In this document: positions 1 through 8,190 of the stretch, in pieces
Layout: the number at the start of each line of letters is the position of its first letter
Numbering within the stretch: the first letter of the stretch is position 1
Origin: Chlamydiota bacterium
GTDB lineage: Bacteria > Chlamydiota > Chlamydiia > Chlamydiales > SM23-39
Direction of reading: 5' to 3'
DNA: 21,607 bases
NCBI GenBank assembly: GCA_039179045.1
Contig: JBCDEZ010000024.1
Coordinates: 1 to 21,607, forward strand
Position numbers and translations under genes: made by a program
The notes under the pieces: model-generated
The model's input: only the letters and a program-made list of their open reading frames with translations
Database searches by the model: none
Told to the model about the DNA's origin: nothing

Positions 1-628
1 CTACCGGAAAGACTTGGGGAGTCTTTTCTGTTTCTTTCTGAATCGTAGCGGCAGACCCTTCTACAGAAGACTCTGTTGACTCTGGTGATTCTTCTGCAGG
101 AACAACCTCGGGGAGGTTGCTCTCTTCGGGAAAAGGAATGGCGCTGCCGTTGAAATCACGCAAATTTTCCAAGTCAATCCTCTCGTAGGGAGGCGGAGAG
201 ATCACACGGTGTCCATGGGAACCGAACGGATCTTCAATGGAAGGTCTTGTCTGGTGGTACTCTTGGCGCCGCACATACCTACCTCCCCCTTGCAGCTCAT
301 GAAGGTAACGGTAGCCGATTCCCGTAAGAGTACAATCCTTGAAGATAAAAGGTGTCAGGTTCTTTTTTGTAGGTTTGAGTTGTTCTATGTGGTAGGGCGC
401 TGTAAGATAGTACCACACCTCGTAGTCCTCTCCTATGGCTGTCACACACTCTCTTTTTTCCGGGGGACCTGCGACGCAGGCAACAGCCTCTTGATTCATT
501 CCGATTTCGGTAAAACTCAACCGGTATAAATTGATATCTGCTGTGATGCCTGTTGCAATAGGAGAACGAGCACAAGAGACGCAGAAAAGCAGAAAAAGGA
601 GGAAAGTAAATCGGTGCGTAAAGGACAT
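1..628 (-). CDS. Putative lipoprotein, DUF3192-like; runs off the left edge of the window
   Basis: Manual translation from ATG at 628 is open to the window edge: MSFTHRFTFLLFLLFCVSCARSP...FTEIGMNQEAVACVAGPPEKRE...YEVWYYLT...LTPFIFKDCTLTGIGY... It has a signal peptide with a lipobox-like CVSC and DUF3192-like IGM..V...G.P, VWYY.T and TP.IF..L.G.G motifs, then an acidic Pro/Ser-rich tail. Absent from the ORF track because its stop lies outside the window. Confidence 0.8.
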   Translation of the reverse strand, partial: MSFTHRFTFLLFLLFCVSCARSPIATGITADINLYRLSFTEIGMNQEAVACVAGPPEKRECVTAIGEDYEVWYYLTAPYHIEQLKPTKKNLTPFIFKDCTLTGIGYRYLHELQGGGRYVRRQEYHQTRPSIEDPFGSHGHRVISPPPYERIDLENLRDFNGSAIPFPEESNLPEVVPAEESPESTESSVEGSAATIQKETEKTPQVFPV

Positions 629-654
629 TTAGCTCGGGCAATCCCTTTTTCCAC

Positions 655-683
655 ACAGTATTTTGTTCCACTTATTCTGTCAA
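655..683 (-). promoter_or_regulatory. Sigma70/sigma66-type promoter for the lipoprotein gene
   Basis: TTGACA (683-678), 17-nt spacer, TACTGT (660-655), 26 nt upstream of the ATG at 628. Confidence 0.65.
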
Positions 684-735
684 TGATCGATTGGAAAAGT
701 TCTTTTTAGAGGAAGTGCGGTGGGAAAGAAAAAAA

Positions 736-1827
736 CTAGTCCTCTTGAGACAGAGGCGCTTCTTGTTCTTCTTCATGCTCGTGTTCTTCTTCTGGGATCT
801 CCCGCTTTTTCGAGACATACTTCTTCGAGCGGAGAGCAATCTTGGGGGAAAAAGGTAGCGCCTGATGTAAAGAGCGCTGCTCTTCGATATAGGCTTTAAG
901 AGAGGGTTGTTCCATCGAGAACAGCTGCGCCAACATTCTGCCTGCGATTTCCGGAGCTGAGAACCTAGAGGGGTGCGCGACTCTTTGACTCCCCTCCTCT
1001 CTAGGTAGAGGTTCTTGAACGCTTTTGGAAGTGGTTCGGGCAAGCTCTTGATCAAATAGATCGAGGATCTCTGTGCTGAAAAGAAGGGTGCGCATCTCCT
1101 TGGATAGCGCTCCTTGCTGCGCGTGCAAGACCTGCTCAATCAAAAAGCCAGCCGGGCTTTTCTCTTGACCAGTGGAAAGATCTTCTGGAGCAATCTGCAA
1201 GCGGGCCAAGCGGGAAAAAGCGCGGATTAAGGAAAGGTCGACAGTCAAGCGTCCTGAAGTGTCGGGCGGCAGTTCTGCCTTTGTCTGTGTGAGAGACAGA
1301 GCGGGGTGCTCTGGCTTCGCTCCAGATGTAGAGGAGTAGGGGGTAGAGAAGGAAAAGTAGGCTTTTTCGCTCTTGATTTTCTCCCCTTCCGGAGCAAGGG
1401 ATCCGGTAGCTGTCGATGGAGCAGGCCTTGGTATGGCACTTTGATCCAACAGAGGCGCGCTTCTTTGCTTATCTTCAGATAAGAACCCTTCTTCTTTTCT
1501 CAAGACTCCCCTTTCCCCTTCAATAAGCGCCTCTTCTAAGGAAAAAATCATCGACTCAATCCAAGAGTGCGCCTCAAGAAGGAGTAGACTCTTTTCCACA
1601 GAAAGGAGCTCTGCTGGTCTTTCTAGAGCTTGGGGGGCGTTTTGCGCAAAAGAGGCACTGCGAGTAGAAGACAAGGAACCCTCCTCTGTTTCTTCTGAAA
1701 GCGCTTCGAAAAGCTGAATGAAGAGCCCTGTAAGCATATGTCTTTGATTCTCTGATATTAGAGAAAAAAGAAAGGAGGGAGGCGGACCAAATTGATTCGC
1801 TGAGACAAGAGACGTGATACCGCTCAA
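736..1827 (-). CDS. Hypothetical protein (about 363 aa), Ser/Pro/Glu-rich, possible secreted effector
   Basis: Long ORF (track 736..1839). The better start is TTG at 1827, with GGAG 6 nt upstream, giving MSGITSLVSANQ... Acidic C-terminal tail. No recognisable domain. Confidence 0.75.
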   Translation of the reverse strand: MSGITSLVSANQFGPPPSFLFSLISENQRHMLTGLFIQLFEALSEETEEGSLSSTRSASFAQNAPQALERPAELLSVEKSLLLLEAHSWIESMIFSLEEALIEGERGVLRKEEGFLSEDKQRSAPLLDQSAIPRPAPSTATGSLAPEGEKIKSEKAYFSFSTPYSSTSGAKPEHPALSLTQTKAELPPDTSGRLTVDLSLIRAFSRLARLQIAPEDLSTGQEKSPAGFLIEQVLHAQQGALSKEMRTLLFSTEILDLFDQELARTTSKSVQEPLPREEGSQRVAHPSRFSAPEIAGRMLAQLFSMEQPSLKAYIEEQRSLHQALPFSPKIALRSKKYVSKKREIPEEEHEHEEEQEAPLSQED

Positions 1828-1856
1828 ACAAAACTCCAAGTAAAAAATTCCTTATT

Positions 1857-1865
1857 ATTATACCA
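1857..1865 (-). promoter_or_regulatory. Extended -10 element (TGnTATAAT)
   Basis: Minus strand reads TGGTATAAT about 30 nt upstream of the 1827 start; the -35 match is weak. Confidence 0.5.
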
Positions 1866-1936
1866 TAAAGCAGATTTATGAGAAACTAATCCAGAAATTC
1901 TATTAAAACGCCTTTTGAGGCAGTAAAAAAGCGTAT

Positions 1937-2389
1937 ATGTGTGTATTTTGCGATATTGTGCAGGGAAAGGCACCTTGCCACCAGATTTGGGAAAACGACC
2001 AGTGCATCGCTTTCCTCTCGATTTTTCCCAATACAAAGGCTCTGAGCGTAGTAGCCCTCAAAGAACATTACCCTAGCAACATTTTCTCCCTCGAACTTGT
2101 CCCCTATCAAACACTATTGCAAGCGGCGCGTGAAGTGGGGCGCCTCCTAGAAAAACAGCTCCAAGTAGCTCGCTGCGCCATGATTGCAGAGGGTATGGGA
2201 GTCGCACACGCGCATCTACAGATCATTCCTTTGCATGGGCTGCAAAAAAAGCAATCCAACTACGATTTCGAGCGCCCCGGGTACCGATTTGATGCGTATC
2301 CGGGATACGTCTCTTCGCATGAAGGCCAAAGAGCCGATGAAAAAGACTTGCAACGCCTAGCTGAAAAGATCCGCGGCAAAAGCATTTGA
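1937..2389 (+). CDS. HIT-family nucleotide hydrolase
   Basis: N-terminal CVFCDIV, AFLSIFP and K.H motifs; triad region HAHLQIIP; C-terminal GYVSSH...LAEKIR typical of a bacterial HIT subgroup. Confidence 0.9.
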   Translation: MCVFCDIVQGKAPCHQIWENDQCIAFLSIFPNTKALSVVALKEHYPSNIFSLELVPYQTLLQAAREVGRLLEKQLQVARCAMIAEGMGVAHAHLQIIPLHGLQKKQSNYDFERPGYRFDAYPGYVSSHEGQRADEKDLQRLAEKIRGKSI

Positions 2390-2394
2390 TGCCC

Positions 2395-2592
2395 CTACCC
2401 CTCTTTGTTCTTTTTCAAGAAACACTCTGGCGTGTGGATGTGTAGACGGATCTCTTGCTCTTCTGCATAGCGGCAAACAGACTGATACATCTTCCAGCAA
2501 ACTTCAGAGGGATTTTTACTCTCGTTGCTCCCCGTCCAGTACCCATAAGCGCTAAGTAGGCCTACTAGAGCTAATATCTTTCGTATCATCAC
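2395..2592 (-). CDS. Small exported hypothetical protein (65 aa)
   Basis: GGAG RBS; basic then hydrophobic N-terminus (MMIRKILALVGLLSAYG); lies downstream of the transporter and convergent with HIT. Confidence 0.55.
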   Translation of the reverse strand: MMIRKILALVGLLSAYGYWTGSNESKNPSEVCWKMYQSVCRYAEEQEIRLHIHTPECFLKKNKEG

Positions 2593-2666
2593 TATCTCCC
2601 TTTCTTTCCTTGTATACGCAAACAGCGCCTCTGTTACAAGAAATTCAGGAGATCAGATGTTCCAAG

Positions 2667-3926
2667 CTATGCTCTTTCCTCGCTAGCTGTCGAAAACGTG
2701 GGGTGTTCGTTTCCATTTGTAGTCCAGATGGTATTCCCGTGAAACATTTTGTACGTCACCCAAAGCCAAAACGCAAAGATACTCAGCGCAGCAATCCCAG
2801 TTACGGGCAAAATACGCAAAGGAATGATCTTTTGTCCTAAGATCAAAAAAATCGCGGCGAAAGCTTTTGCCGAGCGGTAGGCGAAGACATCGATTACTGC
2901 TTTGACCTGAAACTTTTCCTCGGCACCTAGGGGAATATAGAGCATTTCCCGAAGAATGCCAAAAAGAGAGTGGTCCATCGATTTTACAGATACCAAAGAA
3001 ACCGAGATCATCGCAAAAGAGGGAAAAAAGAAGAAGCTTGCTCCCTGCAACAAAAATAAGAAAGGGATCATCCGATGCCCTAGAGCAAGCCCTAAAGACT
3101 CAATGAGAAGAAACCCTCCAAAGAGTTGAAAGCTTGTAGTAAGAAAGTTGATGATCCCAAACAGGCGTCCGCAATATTCGGTGCGCAAGTCGAGATGAGG
3201 AAGAGAGGCTTTGAGGTAGCAGTTGAACTGGTACTCGACAAGCGCCACAGAAAGCTGCATGCATACAACCAGAAGAAGGATGTAGAAGAGGAAGGGTTTG
3301 CGCGCAATCTGAGAGAGGGTTGCACGGATTGAAGTGGAAGATGTGCTAGAAAGATCAATGCTACCTCGACTGCTACGCCAGGCAAGCGCGTAGAAAAACA
3401 AAAAGGTGAGGTAAATGGGGATAGCAGCCAAAAAAAAGATCTTTGATCCCAAAGAGACAGCAAACGATGAGGGCAAAGAGCTACCCAAAACAGAGCCTAG
3501 CCCTCCCACTCCGAAAAACAGACCGTAGAGGTAACGTGCCTTTCCCATAGAAATCCTGCTGTGGATCAGCGACCAGAGCTGCTTGAACATGAGAAGAATG
3601 TAGATGTCTTTCCAAAGGTAGTGCAAGAACAGTGCGGCAGGGAAGTGATCTACCAGGAGATACGTGCAGAGGTTGCCTAACATAACCGCACTTGCTACAA
3701 GGCGCATCATAGAGGCGCATCCCCACTTGGGAAGGAACCGGCTATAGCAAGAAACGACCAAAAAATTCAACGGCACACAGAAAAGCCAAGCATACGGATA
3801 ACTGGCAGGACCAAAGAGGGAAACAAAAAAGGCGTTACTAGCAGGCCGCGAGATAGCGTATTCAAAAGCGATCAAAAAGCTACACACCATAGCAGGGAGA
3901 ATAAAAGTGATATCTTGCCTTCTCAT
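2667..3926 (-). CDS. MFS-fold Npt/TLC-like (ATP/ADP translocase-related) nucleotide transporter
   Basis: About 11-12 hydrophobic segments; motifs R.ASNAFF, YLWKDIY, QLWS, YLYGLFFGVGGLGS and SLFGILREMLYIPL..EEKFQVKAVIDVFAYRSAKA, characteristic of NTT/TLC-type carriers; AGGAG RBS. Confidence 0.85.
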   Translation of the reverse strand: MRRQDITFILPAMVCSFLIAFEYAISRPASNAFFVSLFGPASYPYAWLFCVPLNFLVVSCYSRFLPKWGCASMMRLVASAVMLGNLCTYLLVDHFPAALFLHYLWKDIYILLMFKQLWSLIHSRISMGKARYLYGLFFGVGGLGSVLGSSLPSSFAVSLGSKIFFLAAIPIYLTFLFFYALAWRSSRGSIDLSSTSSTSIRATLSQIARKPFLFYILLLVVCMQLSVALVEYQFNCYLKASLPHLDLRTEYCGRLFGIINFLTTSFQLFGGFLLIESLGLALGHRMIPFLFLLQGASFFFFPSFAMISVSLVSVKSMDHSLFGILREMLYIPLGAEEKFQVKAVIDVFAYRSAKAFAAIFLILGQKIIPLRILPVTGIAALSIFAFWLWVTYKMFHGNTIWTTNGNEHPTFSTASEERA

Positions 3927-3944
3927 CGGTAAAACTCCTACGCT

Positions 3945-5219
3945 CTATCCATGGAACTGCGCGCTCCAAAGGTCGAGCGCCTCACGGAGGCGGGACTCTT
4001 TATCTGAGGCCACATAGATCCAAGTTTTCCCTTCTGAAAAGGCTTGGGAAAGGATCTGGGAAAGGCGGTGTGCAGGCTCGATTAGCAGATGTTTTTTCGA
4101 TACGGGAAAATTGAATACCTCCTTGCAATCGAATGGAGAAGGGCATTCAAGATGGACAGTTTGTATCGAGAGATCTGCCCGGTTGCAGATCGCGCTAAAG
4201 TGTTCTTGAGAAAGATCACGGGACACGCTGAGCGCTTTGTACCGATTTTTCCGTCCTAAGATTGCCGCTGCATCTGCGTAACCTGGATGGCTCGTATCAG
4301 CATACGCTTGATGCAAGGCGTACAAAATAGCGCTATCTGTAAGAGCTAGGTATCCCTCGATACTGCCAAATGCATCAGGGCAGACAAATCCCTTCATGAA
4401 GTTGCACAAATGGAAGTTGAACGATTTGACTCCTGCGTACTGGTAGACTCTCCGATGCATGAAATGCCGCGCCAAAAGAAGCGCTTCACAAGATTCAAGC
4501 CCATTTTCCTCAATTCCTAAAGCAAGCTCATCTTCCCCTTCTCTCGCAGGGAGGATACGGATCATCTCAATCAATTGTTGGTAGTCGAAAAGACCGTAGG
4601 CAACTCCCGTGCTTTTAGCATCGCGCAAAAGGTAATCGATCCTGTCCGCTCCAAAGAAATTTCCTGTAATCACCTCACTCACGATCTTTTCCCATGAGGA
4701 GAAGCTCCCTTTTCCGTAGGAGAGCCACTGCTTTTGCCCCACAGCGATCTTCGCTACATCCTCCACAAAATTCCTATCTGGAAAGGTCTCCTGGAAACCA
4801 GCTTCTGTGTACGCTCTTTGCAAAAGAGGTGCTAAAAGTGGGCTTTCGATCAACTTACAAGTCCACTGCTCATGCCCTTTTTTCCCCAGAAAGATGGCTT
4901 CTGCTGCATGAGAGAAGGGAAGGTGTCCCAGATCGTGACAAAGGGCTGCGAGGCGCAAGACTTTTCTCCAGTAATGGTATTCGATAGAACCTTTCCTTGG
5001 AACGTAGGAAAAAACGTCCGGGCGCACTGCTTTGCAAATATTGTGATAGATGCGCGTGGAGAGCTCCATTACGCCCAACGAGTGCTCAAAACGGGTATGC
5101 GTAGCTCCTGGGTAGACAAGAAAGGCCCCTCCGAGCTGCCGGATGTAGTGTAGCCTTTGAAAAGGCCATGACTCGATCAGCTCTTTTTCTAGATTATCTA
5201 AGCGGATGAATCCATGCAC
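3945..5219 (-). CDS. HD-domain phosphohydrolase (YdhJ/SAMHD1-like dNTPase family); the true N-terminus probably extends to about 5263 across a frameshift
   Basis: FQRLHYIRQLG, HTRFEHSLGV, LCHDLGHLPFSH and ADRIDYLLRDA motifs. Confidence 0.9.
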   Translation of the reverse strand: MHGFIRLDNLEKELIESWPFQRLHYIRQLGGAFLVYPGATHTRFEHSLGVMELSTRIYHNICKAVRPDVFSYVPRKGSIEYHYWRKVLRLAALCHDLGHLPFSHAAEAIFLGKKGHEQWTCKLIESPLLAPLLQRAYTEAGFQETFPDRNFVEDVAKIAVGQKQWLSYGKGSFSSWEKIVSEVITGNFFGADRIDYLLRDAKSTGVAYGLFDYQQLIEMIRILPAREGEDELALGIEENGLESCEALLLARHFMHRRVYQYAGVKSFNFHLCNFMKGFVCPDAFGSIEGYLALTDSAILYALHQAYADTSHPGYADAAAILGRKNRYKALSVSRDLSQEHFSAICNRADLSIQTVHLECPSPFDCKEVFNFPVSKKHLLIEPAHRLSQILSQAFSEGKTWIYVASDKESRLREALDLWSAQFHG

Positions 5220-5367
5220 AGAATCATAAATTTTTCTTTCATAGAAAAAAAGTCTTTTGTCATAAGAGCTCCTTTCGCATACAATTCATGTTATCGACTG
5301 GGCAATTTTAAGTGTTAGCGATATCAAAAAAAGAAAGTTTATTTTCTTGTATTTCTGTTAGTATATA

Positions 5368-6132
5368 ATGATTTCAGCCGTCATTCTTACAAAAAATAGC
5401 GCACGCACGCTGGACAAAACCCTTGCTTCTCTCACCTTCCTCGACGAGATCGTTGTGGTCGATACAGGCTCGCGCGATGCTACTCTCGAGATTGCTCAAA
5501 GCTATCCCAATGTGCAGATTTTTCATCGAGAATTTTCCCATTTTGGACGCCTTCGGAACCTCTCTAGCTCTCTTGCAAAAAACGACTGGATCTTATCGAT
5601 CGACAGCGACGAGGTGTTGTCAGAACCATTGCAAGTAGAGCTTCGCTCTTTAGTTCCAAAAGACACATGCATCTACGGTCTAATCCGGGAAAACTATTTT
5701 CATGGGAAAAAAATCACCTGTTGTGGCTGGAATCGGGAGAAACGGCTTCGCCTCTACCACAGAAAAAAGACACGCTTTCGAGAAGAGTACGTGCACGAGA
5801 GCTTAGAGAAAAGAAGCTGTGTAACACGCTACTTGCAAGGTACCTTGCTTCACTTTCCCTTTCCTGACGGGGGTCATACAGAACAAGACCTACTCGAAAA
5901 ACTGCAGCACTATACCGATCTATATGCAGAACAAAACAGAGGCAAGCCTGCCTCCTACAAAAAAGCAGCCTTTCACGGTTTTTGGAGTTTTCTGCGTGCC
6001 TACTTGTTACAACGAGGCATACTTTTCGGGAGACGTGGTTGGATCATCTCAGTCTACAAAGGACTTTCAAGCTATTACAAATACGCGAAACTTGCAGAGA
6101 AAAACCAAGAAAACAAGGGGGGTACAATATAG
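5368..6132 (+). CDS. Family 2 glycosyltransferase (LgtF/WaaE/KdtX-like LPS glucosyltransferase)
   Basis: ISAVILTKN, VVDTGSRDAT, WILSIDSDE (DXD), VHE, and a C-terminal FLRAYLLQRG.L.G..G motif. Confidence 0.9.
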   Translation: MISAVILTKNSARTLDKTLASLTFLDEIVVVDTGSRDATLEIAQSYPNVQIFHREFSHFGRLRNLSSSLAKNDWILSIDSDEVLSEPLQVELRSLVPKDTCIYGLIRENYFHGKKITCCGWNREKRLRLYHRKKTRFREEYVHESLEKRSCVTRYLQGTLLHFPFPDGGHTEQDLLEKLQHYTDLYAEQNRGKPASYKKAAFHGFWSFLRAYLLQRGILFGRRGWIISVYKGLSSYYKYAKLAEKNQENKGGTI

Positions 6133-6135
6133 GCT

Positions 6136-6209
6136 TAGCGGTAGACGGACTCGAACCGCCGACACGCGGATTATGATTCCGCTGCTCTAACCAACTGAGC
6201 TATACCGCC
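6136..6209 (-). tRNA. tRNA-Met (CAT), probably the elongator
   Basis: GGCGGTATAGCTCAGTTGGTTAGAGCAGCGGAATCATAATCCGCGTGTCGGCGGTTCGAGTCCGTCTACCGCTA folds as a cloverleaf with a CAT anticodon and no encoded CCA. tRNA-Ile2 cannot be formally excluded. Confidence 0.93.
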
Positions 6210-6215
6210 AAAAAA

Positions 6216-6288
<73 letters not shown>

Positions 6289-6309
6289 GCAATTGGTAAG
6301 ATTGAATCC

Positions 6310-6338
6310 AATTTATCAAAGGTGCGATTTTCTTACAA
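6310..6338 (-). promoter_or_regulatory. Sigma70-type promoter for the tRNA pair
   Basis: TTGTAA (6338-6333), 17-nt spacer, TAAATT (6315-6310) preceded by TGn, about 20 nt upstream of tRNA-fMet. Confidence 0.65.
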
Positions 6339-6486
6339 GGAGTTCGAAAAAAGAACCAGGGGGATCGCATTTGCATTTCCTCGCAAAAAATTTCTCCCAG
6401 GCTGATTCCATTCATGCAAAAATAGTTTTGCGTCCCTTTTCAACCTTTCTTGCCTTGTACGGCGCGGAGAACATGCGAATCCCATT

Positions 6487-6655
6487 TTCTAGTTAGGGAC
6501 ACATATTTTGCAGGAGAGTGGTCTTTAGAAATCTGTGACCTGTCTTCATGGAAGGTCGTTTCGAACACCCAAGATCACTGATTTTCTATACCCTAGTGAA
6601 ACCGAGTACATCCACCAATTCGTGCGGTATCTGGGGATTGAGAAGAAATCTAGAG
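6487..6655 (+). repeat. Structured intergenic element A (homologous to element B)
   Basis: Shares AGGAGAGTGG, TGAAACCGAGYAC, TATCT..GGA and GARG.AATC blocks, in order, with 18363-18255 on the minus strand; 9-bp stem AGTGGTCTT/AAGATCACT. Confidence 0.5.
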
Positions 6656-7536
6656 CCATTTTCCTCTTTCCCTTAACTTCTTGTGTCGCTTAGACTGAGC
6701 CATGGATGCTGCTGTACGAGATCTCCTATCTAAAGAAGGAGAACTCGCTGGATATGCTTTGATACGCATGGATTGGATATTGCTAAACCCGGTGTAGATG
6801 CTAAAAATTGCTAGCAAGGCAATCAAAACAGCTCCCACCTCTATTTTTCCGCTTAACCCAATTTTTCAAATGAAATGGGTATATTACAAACAATGTTCCT
6901 AAGACTGTTTGTCAAAACATAATTTTCAGAGAATACTCCTCAAAAAAGGCTATCGAGTGCGGAGTGAGAAGAGAAGCAATGTTTGATGCTATTGCACTTC
7001 GTCTAAAAGTTAGCCCTGTTGGACTTGATTCCAGAGGAAGACCTAGTCAACGCTTTATAGGAAAAAAACAGAAAAATTGATGAGCGGGCTGTCAAATGTC
7101 TATAGCAATGTAGAGCATCCTTCATCTTACAGCGAGATTGGGGTAGCTTTTTTTGGCGCAAAGGTAAGAAGAAAACGCCTGTAAGCTCAATATCTCAGGG
7201 GATCACGCTAATGAAATAATGGACTTATGTGGAGAACAACTGCAGCTAGTAGGATTGATGAAAAATACGACTCTATTCCAAACGGCAAGCTTCTTTGAGA
7301 CCTAGTGGATAAATTCCGCATGAGATAAATGCTGATTTCACCTCAGGCAAGTTTTCTTAGTTGCAGAGCCTTTAAATGGTGATTTTTCAGCGAAAAATCA
7401 TGGCTATTGGAATCTATACAGTAAAAATTTTATATGCGCACCCTGCATATAGGGGAAATTCTTCTTTCTATTAATTCACTCAAATTATAAAATCTTAATT
7501 TAGTATTTTTACTTTAACTACAGGTAATCATAAATC

Positions 7537-7983
7537 ATGATAGGCATCGGTTTAAATACTTTCCGTTCCCTTTCTTTACCGGAAAATCTTTTCGATAATT
7601 TTGGATTCAAATTACAGAGCGAGAACCCAGATTCGAAACAATTAGGTCGTATTGATATGGCCGCGAGTGCAATGCTCTTTTCATTTCATGTATCGGCCGC
7701 CATTCCTTTGTTGGGGGGCATGGTAGTTTGGTCCACGATGTTATCTGAAGCTGCAGTTATTATCTGCACTTCCTTCAGACCGTTGAATAGATCGAAAGCT
7801 GGGCATTTTTGTGGAAGAATATGCCGCCTATGCTTGATGAGAAATCCTCATTTTTTGTTGTTTGTGGACCTTTTAAAAGTTCTGTATAGCTACGGCGGAT
7901 TTGGATTATTGACCCTAAAGCCTGTAAGAGTTATTCAAGAAGGCTCTCAGCAAGTCTCACAACATTCTCAAAATGAAGCTTAA
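7537..7983 (+). CDS. Hypothetical membrane-associated protein, possibly frameshifted or truncated
   Basis: 148-aa ORF after an AT-rich promoter-like region; hydrophobic stretch at about residues 42-78; no recognisable family. Confidence 0.45.
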   Translation: MIGIGLNTFRSLSLPENLFDNFGFKLQSENPDSKQLGRIDMAASAMLFSFHVSAAIPLLGGMVVWSTMLSEAAVIICTSFRPLNRSKAGHFCGRICRLCLMRNPHFLLFVDLLKVLYSYGGFGLLTLKPVRVIQEGSQQVSQHSQNEA

Positions 7984-8190
7984 ACGCAAATGCTTTTTCC
8001 TATCGCGAAGCCTATCACATATTGAATCGCCTGAAAAAGCTCCTTTTTGGTAGCAAAAAAGGCACTCCTAGTGTTGCGTTTATTCCTTTTATGCCCATTT
8101 CACCCGAAGAATTGTATACAAAAAAATAGAGATGGAAGCTATTTATGATCCGTTTTTTCGGTTCGTGCAAAATCTCTAGAGTTTGTACGA

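Noticed and set aside
209..671. Track ORFs 209..529(+) and 297..671(-)
   Set aside because: Shadows of the lipoprotein gene, which reads in another minus-strand frame from 628
6650..6838. 62-aa ORF with a hydrophobic N-terminus
   Set aside because: GTG start without a properly spaced RBS and no recognisable family; at most a gene fragment
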